Assembly: GCA_003635305.1 (NCBI GenBank) | Contig: PYJE01000068.1 | Coordinates: 21,882-68,170 of the forward strand | DNA: 46,289 nucleotides | Reading direction: 5' to 3' | From: Candidatus Poribacteria bacterium | GTDB taxonomy: Bacteria; Poribacteria; WGA-4E; WGA-3G | Shown: in pieces, positions 8,551 to 17,428 of the stretch | Numbering within the stretch: position 1 is the first letter of the stretch | How the letters are laid out: each line of letters begins with the position of its first letter | Position numbers and translations under genes: made by a program | Notes under the pieces: model-generated | The model's database searches: none | The model's input: the letters and a program-made list of their open reading frames with translations, nothing else | Told to the model about the DNA's origin: nothing

Positions 8551-10707
8551 ATGCACAGAAACTCTGATCGAACGCGTTGCGAAATACGAAATATTGGGAT
8601 TGCGGCGCACATCGATGCCGGCAAGACGACGACAACCGAACGGATTCTCTTCTATACCGGCAAAAAACATAAAATCGGCGCGGTTGATGACGGCACCGCC
8701 GAGATGGATTGGATGGTGCAGGAGCGCGAGCGCGGCGTAACTATCACCGCCGCTGCAACAACCTGCTTCTGGAAGGATTGCGCCATTCATCTCATTGATA
8801 CACCCGGGCACGTCGATTTTACCGTGGAGGTAGAACGTTCGCTGCGCGTGCTAGACGGTGCCATCGCGCTCTTCTGTGCTGTCGGCGGCGTGGAACCGCA
8901 GTCCGAAACAGTCTGGCATCAGGCGGAACGCTACGGTGTCCCGCGCATCGCATTCGTCAATAAGATGGATAGAATCGGCGCGAATTTCACGCGCACCATC
9001 GAGATGATGAAGGAACGCCTCGATGCAAATCCGCTGCCGCTTCAACTGCCCATCGGTGAGGGAAACGAATTCACCGGTATCATTGAGCTCCTCACACAAA
9101 AGGCACTCTATTGGAACACGGAAGATTTCGGGCAAACCTATCGTGAATCCGATATCCCATCTGAATTTCATGCCGAAGTCAGTCTCGCGCGGGAAACCCT
9201 CTTTGAAACCGTCGCCGCCGAAGATGACGCGCTCCTCGAAAAATATCTAGAAGGTGAAGAATTAACGCCTGCCGAATTGCTCCCTGTCATCCGCGAAGCA
9301 ACACTGAAGGGAACGTTAGTACCGGTGCTGTGCGGCAGCGCCTTAAAGAATACCGGCGTTCAACCGTTGTTGGATGCAGTCGTCAATTTTCTGCCATCGC
9401 CTGTCGACGTGCCCCCCATACAAGGGACAATACCCGATACCCCATCGCAAAAAAATAGCACCCAAAACGTAGTCATCAACAACGTTGATGACGGCCCTGG
9501 TAAGCCAACCGTCACATCACCGAAGATGCACGCCGAACGCATTGCGAACGACAAAGAACCCTTTTCAGCACTCGCCTTTAAAGTCGCCAGCCATCCCACC
9601 GTCGATAAATTAGTATATTGCCGCGTCTATTCCGGCACGCTCAAGCGCGGCGATGTCGTGCTGAACGTCGGCACCGAAAAACGGGAACGGGTGAATCGCA
9701 TTCTTCAGATGCACGCCAATAAAGAGGCGGTGTGCGATGCCGCCTACGCAGGCGACATCGTCGCGCTGGTTGGACTGAAACAGACGAAAACAGGGGATAC
9801 CTTGACAGCCCCGGAGCACCCTATCTTGCTCGCGCCCATCGATTTTCCACCCCCGGTCATCTCCATCGCCATTGAACCGGAACGCGCTAGCGATGCAGAC
9901 GCGTTGGAGGAAACCCTCCAAAAACTGATGGACGAAGATCCGACGTTTACCGTCGGTATTGACAAGGAAACCGGACAGCGCATCATTTCCGGGATGGGAG
10001 AACTCCACTTGGAAGTGCTTACGGATAGAATGATTCGCGAATTTGGCGTAAACGCACGGGTGAGCAAGTTGCAGGTGGCGTATCGTGAAACCATCGGCAC
10101 CTCGGCGGCGGCGCGCGGCACACATATCCATAAGACAGACGAAGAAGGCATCTATGGCGATGTCACCCTCAACGTTGAACCGCTAGCACGCGGCGAAGGA
10201 TTCCAATTTGCGGACAACACCGACGAAACGCAGATTCCACGTCCCTACATTCCATCTATCCAGAACGCGCTGCACCGCGCGATGGGGACAGGCGCGCTCA
10301 TCGGCTCACCCTTGCAGGATATCAAGGTGACGCTCACCGGCGGTTCCACGCACCCGACAGATGCATCGGAGATAGGGTATGAAGCCGCCGCCGTCCTCGC
10401 CTTTGAAAACGCAGTGAAAAAGGCGAACCCACTGCTCCTTGAACCGATGATGCAGATACATGTCACCGTGCCGGATGAACACGTCGGAAAGGTTATTGGC
10501 GAACTGAATAGCCGCCGCGCGCAAATTCATGAAAGCGGAAGCCCGCGCGAGAATGTCTCCTTTATCAACGCGCTCATTCCTCTGGCAGAAACGTTCCAGT
10601 ATACAACGTCGCTTCGTTCAATGACGCAAGGACGCGGCACGTTTACGTTGGAGTTTTCGCATTACGATGTAGTCCCAAAATCTTTGATGCCCGGGCATCG
10701 CGTTTAA
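8551..10707 (+). CDS. fusA: Elongation factor G (stand-alone paralog)
   Basis: '[15 protein letters not shown]', 'DTPGHVDF', 'NKMD', 'GMGELHLE', 'LLEPMM', 'LRSMTQGRG'; not flanked by rpsL/rpsG/tuf. Confidence 0.9.
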   Translation: MHRNSDRTRCEIRNIGIAAHIDAGKTTTTERILFYTGKKHKIGAVDDGTAEMDWMVQERERGVTITAAATTCFWKDCAIHLIDTPGHVDFTVEVERSLRVLDGAIALFCAVGGVEPQSETVWHQAERYGVPRIAFVNKMDRIGANFTRTIEMMKERLDANPLPLQLPIGEGNEFTGIIELLTQKALYWNTEDFGQTYRESDIPSEFHAEVSLARETLFETVAAEDDALLEKYLEGEELTPAELLPVIREATLKGTLVPVLCGSALKNTGVQPLLDAVVNFLPSPVDVPPIQGTIPDTPSQKNSTQNVVINNVDDGPGKPTVTSPKMHAERIANDKEPFSALAFKVASHPTVDKLVYCRVYSGTLKRGDVVLNVGTEKRERVNRILQMHANKEAVCDAAYAGDIVALVGLKQTKTGDTLTAPEHPILLAPIDFPPPVISIAIEPERASDADALEETLQKLMDEDPTFTVGIDKETGQRIISGMGELHLEVLTDRMIREFGVNARVSKLQVAYRETIGTSAAARGTHIHKTDEEGIYGDVTLNVEPLARGEGFQFADNTDETQIPRPYIPSIQNALHRAMGTGALIGSPLQDIKVTLTGGSTHPTDASEIGYEAAAVLAFENAVKKANPLLLEPMMQIHVTVPDEHVGKVIGELNSRRAQIHESGSPRENVSFINALIPLAETFQYTTSLRSMTQGRGTFTLEFSHYDVVPKSLMPGHRV
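9469..9504 (+). repeat. Family D REP-like element inserted in frame in fusA
   Basis: gtagtcatcaac-aac-gttgatgacggccctggtaag; near-identical to intergenic 31650-31685. Confidence 0.85.
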
Positions 10708-11849
10708 CGCCCATATTTCTCCATCACCTGTTGCAACCGGTCCAACGGCATCGCGAATATCGTTCTTCCATCGCGGCCGACAGTTGTCGTCGCCATCGTC
10801 ATGGAATTGACGACAGCCTCCTCTGTCGCCTCAATCGTTGCCTCAAAAAGCGCGCTGAGCCGCCAATTTTCCACCATACGAATCTGAAACGTGCCATTTT
10901 CCGTATCATCGGGAATCACATTCGCCGTGGAAAAGGCGATGACGAACTCGCCGCTGCCATCCGTGCTAGGCGTGCCGGTGCGTGCAAGTCCATGTGTGGC
11001 GCGCACCGCCACCTGCTTCAACTGGCGGTGCGTCAACGGCGCGTCCGTCGCGATAACGATGATGAACGAACCGTCTCTGCCGCGCTTCGCGCGAAAATCG
11101 GTGATTTCTTGCCCCACTGGCACGCCGTTAATCCGAAGTTGATGCCGACGGCCGCCGTTGGAATTGACGAGCACGCCGACTGTCCAACCGCCGCGTTCAG
11201 CAGGTAGCACCCGCGAGGCAGTGCCAATCCCGGCTTTGAAGCCGTAGCACCGCATCCCCGTGCCAGCCCCGACACATCCCTCCGCGACCGGGCCGACGGT
11301 AGCCCTCTCTATCGCTTGGATGGCGTGCTCCGCCGTTACATGGAGCCCATCAATGTCGTTCAAACCCCCATCGTAACACTCGGCGACGATTGGCAGAACG
11401 ATGTTGTTATCGGGATACCGCTTCACGATATACCGGACAACGCCATCGTGGACAGGGCCGACGCTCAACGTATTCGTCAACAAGATAGGCGATTCAATCC
11501 AGCCAGCTTGGTTTATCCTTGCAATACCAGTTGCTTCGCCGTTGCCGTGGATGACATGCGCCGCGCCAAACAGCCGCGCCTCCCATATATCATCGCGCGG
11601 CACGATAGCGGTGACACCGGTGCGGATGGACTCGCCTTCATTCAGCGTGACATGTCCTACCTTCACGCCTTGCACATCGGTGATAGCGTTGTGTTCTCCC
11701 GATGGAAAGAGCCCTATCTGAATGCCGAGTTCACGGGCGCGGGCGCGAGGCATCTCTGTCTCTTGAGAGACTGCAGGAGATGTCGCGAATAAGATTGCGA
11801 AAAAGAGTGATAGCGCGAAAACGAGAAAATTGCGGGGTGTTGTGTTCAT
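10704..11849 (-). CDS. P1/S58 family (DmpA-like) aminopeptidase, secreted
   Basis: 'NAITDV.GVKVGH', 'TGVTAI', 'VGAGTGM...FK.GIGTASR', autoprocessing 'DG|[12 protein letters not shown]'; signal peptide. Confidence 0.9.
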   Translation of the reverse strand: MNTTPRNFLVFALSLFFAILFATSPAVSQETEMPRARARELGIQIGLFPSGEHNAITDVQGVKVGHVTLNEGESIRTGVTAIVPRDDIWEARLFGAAHVIHGNGEATGIARINQAGWIESPILLTNTLSVGPVHDGVVRYIVKRYPDNNIVLPIVAECYDGGLNDIDGLHVTAEHAIQAIERATVGPVAEGCVGAGTGMRCYGFKAGIGTASRVLPAERGGWTVGVLVNSNGGRRHQLRINGVPVGQEITDFRAKRGRDGSFIIVIATDAPLTHRQLKQVAVRATHGLARTGTPSTDGSGEFVIAFSTANVIPDDTENGTFQIRMVENWRLSALFEATIEATEEAVVNSMTMATTTVGRDGRTIFAMPLDRLQQVMEKYGR

Positions 11850-12373
11850 ACCAGTTGCTCCCGATAGATGGCGCGGATGTGATTAAAGAGCTCAATATAC
11901 GTTTGCGAGCGGTAATCCGGATATGTCCACGCCCACGGTTGGAACGTTTTGCGATGGAAACGGAGTGTAATTTCGGCATAGATACCCTCACCGAGATAAA
12001 TGCGATGCGCGTGGTCCTTCGTGGAAGCGAGGACTAACTTCGCCGAGTCAACATACCCGGCATCTAAATTGACGCGCCGACAGTGTGTCCCTTCGCGCGC
12101 AAACGTCTCTTCCACTTGGTTCGTGAACCCCTTCATCGCTGCCAAAGCACCAGCATCCATCAGCCGCTCAAAACTGATGAATTGCCGTTGCAGATTCTCC
12201 CCCATCTCCGCCGCGTAGTAGGTAGTGCTGGTGAAGGGCAACAGCGCGCTCTGCCAGTCAACCGGCCCGAGGCGGCGTGTTAACCTCTGATAAACAGACG
12301 ACAGCAGCAGCGGCTCCGCCGTCAACACACCGATAATAGGTTTGACCGGGAGTGGTGCCCGAATTGTGCCCAT
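11846..12373 (-). CDS. DUF4416 family protein
   Basis: 'F..T.YY..EMG', 'RRVNLDAGY', 'LASTK...HRIYL..GIYAE.TL', 'WTYPDY'. Confidence 0.85.
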   Translation of the reverse strand: MGTIRAPLPVKPIIGVLTAEPLLLSSVYQRLTRRLGPVDWQSALLPFTSTTYYAAEMGENLQRQFISFERLMDAGALAAMKGFTNQVEETFAREGTHCRRVNLDAGYVDSAKLVLASTKDHAHRIYLGEGIYAEITLRFHRKTFQPWAWTYPDYRSQTYIELFNHIRAIYREQLV

Positions 12374-12481
12374 TTCTGTCTCCTCCGCGATAATTTGCAC
12401 CGAATTCCTCATAAATGATACCATTTTTTTTCGTTAAAAATCAAAAATGTCCTATTTTCAACCGAATTTTGTAAAAAAATC

Positions 12482-12541
12482 TGCAAAAAAGACCGTTTTT
12501 TGCATTTTTAATTTGACTTTTTATCTTTTTTAAGGTATAAT
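12482..12541 (+). promoter_or_regulatory. rpoBC promoter with upstream palindrome
   Basis: TTGACT (12513-18)-N17-TATAAT (12536-41); inverted repeat tgcaaaaaa-gaccg-ttttttgca at 12482-12504. Confidence 0.7.
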
Positions 12542-12712
12542 TTTACGTTATGCGATGCTTGCATGAATTAAGACAGAAACCGACAAGTTTTTTGTCACCA
12601 GAAATTGTTGTTTGTTTTCGGCCCGTTTAGAAACACGCTAAAAAATCACTACGCCTCTCTGGCAAATGTCTGTGCCCGCACCTCGCGCGCGCCAGACAGG
12701 AGAAGAACCTAC

Positions 12713-15700
12713 GTGAAGAAACGCATATCTTTCGCCAAAACAGACGTTCGCACACCCCTACCGAATTTGATTGAGACGCAGCAGCGCGCTTACGATGCCT
12801 TTTTGCAGCGCGACACGTTTCCGCACAAGGACAGCGGCCTGGCGGCAGTCTTCAACGAAGTCTTCCCTATCGCTGACTTCAACGAAGTCTCGCGCCTTGA
12901 ATTCGTCCATTACCAACTCGGCGAACCGAAATATACCCTTGACGAATGCCTCGCCCGCGGGGTTACCTACCAGGTCTCCCTCACCGCGCGGCTCCGCCTC
13001 GTCGTCTGTGAGAAAAACGCAGAAGACGAAGAACCGCACGTCGTTGATATCCGCGAGTCCGAAGTCTATTTCGGCGAAGTACCGCTGATGACTGAAAACG
13101 CCAGCTTCATCATCAACGGCAGCGAACGCGTCATCGTTAACCAATTGCACCGCTCACCCGGTGTCATCTTCCTCAATAAAACGCTCCCAGGCGGACATCG
13201 CTCCCCCACGGCGCAAATCATTCCTTACCGCGGGGCATGGATAGAATTCGAGGCGGACTCTAAAGATACCCTTTCCGTCCGGTTAAACAAACGTCGCAAG
13301 ATACCCGCCACCGTCCTGCTCCGCGCACTCGGGTGGGAGACGGATGCCGACATCTTGAAACTGTTCGCCGAACCAACGCGCGTGATGCTCTCCGGGTGGC
13401 GCGTCACTGAAGTAGCACTACCCGAATGTCCAACCCAAATCGATGCACTCTTAACCGCGGCGGAACATCGAAAGTTGGATGCCGACTACCCCGGCGCGGT
13501 AGCTGAGCTTTTCTATGAAGTCGTCTCCGCGTCCGATGATGCAACGTGCCCTGTCGCCGTCGGCGACAGGCTCACGCCTAACGAGTGGGCAAGGCACCGC
13601 AAAACGTGGAAAGATACCACCTTTGCACGCATCTGGCGTATCGCCAAGCATTACCGCCCCGACTATCCTTACCCCATCGGCGACATCGTGGCCGATGCAA
13701 CCTATCAGAAGGCACGGAAGGATTACCCGGGGATTGAGATAGAACCGTGCTATCGCGTCACAGCTGTCACTGACAAAGGGTGTCCGCTGGAAGAAGGACA
13801 GATGCTGACATCCAAGGAGCGCACCCGCGCACGCCGGAAGTGGAGAGGATTCACGACAGAACGACTCCTGCGCGTCACGAAACTCCTCAATACCGGATGC
13901 CCCTTGAACGTCGGCCAGCACCTCACGCCTACCGAATACACCGAAATGCTCGGAAAGCATCCTGACGCTTTCAAGGCAGAACGGATTGAATCGACAGACA
14001 TCGCCGAAACTATCGGCAGCGTCTGCGCTGAACCTATCGCCGACCCGAGGACTGACGAACTGCTAGTGACAGCGAATACGCTACTCACCGAAACAGAAGT
14101 CGAACGGCTGAGGGGTGCCGGTGTGGAGATGCTCACGGTGTTGACACCCGAATCCGCCAAAGCTCTCCGTTTTTTACGCAATACCCTCGAACGCGACAAA
14201 GAATCGGACTACGAGGCCCGCATCCAGGCCACCGGACGGCAAAGCGAAACACCCATTCAAGATGTCGCCCTGCTCAATATCCACTCTGTCCTCAGACCGG
14301 GGGAACCGGTGAGTATTGAGGCGGCGCACCGGCAACTCGCTTGGCACTTCTTCGACGCGCACCGCTATGACTTGGGGACTGTGGGACGCTACAAAGTGAA
14401 CTCAAAACTGCGACACCTCTCCGTATACGGTGAGCCGCCCGATGAGAAACACCGAACGTTGCGCCCGGAGGACATCGCGGCGACACTCCGGCACCTGCTT
14501 GATGTCCATAACGATCCTTCGTTGATAGACGACTTGGACCATCTCAGTAACCGTCGTGTACGCGGTATCGGCGAATTATTGGAGAACCAGTTCCGCATCG
14601 GCCTATTCCAGATCCGGCGCGCCACGCGCGAACGCATCTCCTCCGCCGATATGAGCAACTGCATGCCGCCAATGCTGATTAACCCGAAGCCGCTCATGGT
14701 TTCACTCCGCGAGTTCTTCGGTTCAAACCAACTCTCGCAGTTCATGCAGCAGGTAAATCCGCTCGATGAATTGACGCACAAGCGGCGTATCTCTGCCATC
14801 GGCCCCGGCGGACTCTCGCGCGATAGAGCCACCGCCGCCGTTCGCGATGTGCATCACACACACTACGGACGCGTCTGTCCCTTGGAGACACCGGAAGGCC
14901 CTTCTATTGGCCTCCTCGTATCGCTGGCGTGTTATGCGCGTATCAATCCTTACGGGTTCATTGAGACTCCTTATCACAGAGTGGTGCCCGGCAAGTCGAT
15001 GGCTGATATGGAAATTGAATACCTCACCGCCGATAAGGAAGACAAGGCCCGCATCGCCGCCAAAACGATACCGCGCGACGCGAAAAGGGGAGAAACGCCT
15101 GACACGGGCATCCAGCTGCCCGCCCGAAAAGGCGAAGATGTGCTTGCCTTACCCCTGTCCGAGGTAGACTACGTCGGCATCTCGCCATCACAGATTGTCG
15201 GTGTTTCCGCAGCACTCGTGCCTTTTTTAGAACATGAAGACGCGAACCGCGCCCTCATGGGCGCGAACCATCAACGACAAGCAGTGCCGCTCATCAAGCC
15301 CGAAGCACCACTCGTCGGCACCGGCATGGAAGCACGCGTCGCCCGGGACTCAGGGGCACTGTGCATCGCCAAACGCAGCGGCACCGTCGAAAGCGTCTCC
15401 GCCGCGGACATCATCATCCATACCGATGAACCCCTGCACGCAGACATCGGCGAACAACACAAGAGTGAGATGGGCTACGACCGGTATGAACTCCACACTT
15501 TCAAGCGGAGCAACAGCGGCACCTGCATCCATCAGCGGCCCATCGTCTCCGTCGGCGACACAGTGGAAGCAGGCGACATCATCGCCGACGGCACTTCTAC
15601 CGATGAAGGCGAACTCGCGCTCGGCAGGAACGTCCTGTGCGCCTATATGCCGTGGGGCGGACACAACTATGAGGACTCCATACTCATCAGCGAAAGCCTT

Positions 15701-17260
15701 GTCCAAGACGACACTTTCAGTTCCATTCATATCGAGGAATTCGAGGTGGAAGCCCGCGAAACGAAAATGGGACCGGAGGAAATTACGCGCGATATTCCCG
15801 ATGCAAGCCAACAGCGACTCTCACAACTGGACGAAGAAGGAATCATCCGTGTCGGAAGCCTTGTCAGCGCAGGCAGCATCCTCGTCGGTAAGATTTCACC
15901 CAAAGGCGAAAGTGAATACGGACCGGAGGAGAAACTCCTGCACGTTATCTTCGGTGAAAAGGTGCGCGAAGTCCGAGACGCATCCACATACGTCAAACCC
16001 GGCATTGAAGGCATCGTGATTGATGTCAAAGTCTTCTCACGAAAACAGGAACCAAGCCGGCACTCGCTGCAAAGCCTCGTTGACGCAGACCAGCTCCGTT
16101 ACGATGCCAAGAAGAAGGCCATCGAGGAGAAGTTCCACGAACACCTCCTGGCCATCCGCCGCCGCCGAGACGAAGAAATTCGGAACGCGCTCATCGGATG
16201 CGAATTGGCACAGCCACTCTTCAGAGGTATCGACACCGAAGCACCCCTTTCGCGCACAAGCAATGCCGAAGAACTGGACGAGTTGGACCATATCGGGGAA
16301 CTGCTGGCAGAAAGCGGCGACATCGTGACGCACGAACTCCTGCACACACCCGGCCTTGTGCTCAACGAGATTCACGTCACCGCCTCAAACGTCATGGCAT
16401 ACATCCAACGCGTTCAGGAAATCGCCGAGGAGCGCATCGCCGCCTATACCGAAGAAAAATCAAGCCAGCTCGAACAGATGGAACTCGGGGACGAACTCAA
16501 ATCCGGCGTGCTTAAACTGGTGAAAGTCTATATCGCGACGACGCGCCACATCTCCATCGGCGATAAAATGGCAGGCCGCTACGGCAACAAAGGGGTGGTA
16601 GCAGAAATTTTGCCCAAAGAGGATATGCCCTATCTCCCCGATGGAACACCGGTGGATATCGTGCTGAACCCCCTCGGCGTGCCATCACGGATGAACGTCG
16701 GGCAAATCCTTGAAATTCACCTCGGCTGGGCATGCCACGCACTGGGCATCCATGTTGAATCGCCTGTCTTTGACGGCGCAACCGAAAAGGAAATCTTCAC
16801 GATGCTCGACAAAACCGGCTTGCCGGAACGCAGCAAGAAAACCGGGAAAAGCATCCTTTACGACGGCAGAACCGGAGAAGCGTTCGGACAGGAAGTCACC
16901 GTGGGATATGTCTACTTCCTCAAACTGAACCATCTCGTCGCCGACAAGATGCACGCCCGTTCTACCGGGCCCTACTCGCTTGTTACGCAGCAGCCGTTGG
17001 GCGGCAAGGCGCAACATGGCGGACAGCGGCTCGGCGAAATGGAGGTGTGGGCATTAGAGGCATACGGTGCCGCGCATACCTTACAAGAAATGCTCACGCT
17101 CAAATCCGACGATTTCATGGGCAGAGCCAAAATTTATGAGTCGATGGTGAAAGGGCTCAACCCCGAATCCCCCGGCACACCGGAGTCGTTCAACGTTCTC
17201 GTGCGCGAATTGCAGGGCCTCGGCCTCAGCGTTTCCTTGAATCCGCCTGAAGAAAAATAG
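12713..17260 (+). CDS. rpoB: DNA-directed RNA polymerase subunit beta, with repeat-array insertion
   Basis: '[19 protein letters not shown]', 'CPLETPEGP', 'NRALMGAN', '[14 protein letters not shown]', 'HARSTGPYS', '[17 protein letters not shown]'; GTG start after AGGAG. Confidence 0.97.
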   Translation: [1515 protein letters not shown]

Positions 17261-17317
17261 CATCCCTACTCCGGCCCATAGGCCAAGGGCCAGACTATCG
17301 CCAGGCCGCGTTCACCG

Positions 17318-17381
17318 GTAGGCACAGTTCCAAACCGCGCCTATCAACCGCAGTCCGTAGGGCGAGGGGCTGGCCCACGCC
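17318..17381 (+). repeat. Two GTAG REP-like elements (families B and C) between rpoB and rpoC
   Basis: gtaggcacagttccaaaccgcgcctatc (17318-45) and gtagggcgaggggctggcccacgcc (17357-81). Confidence 0.7.
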
Positions 17382-17428
17382 AGCCCAAGGGCTAAACATA
17401 CGTCCGAATCTATAGGAGAAAACCCGCA

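Noticed and set aside
12605-12712. Longer rpoB N-terminus from TTG 12605
   Set aside because: No RpoB similarity; AGGAG precedes GTG 12713.
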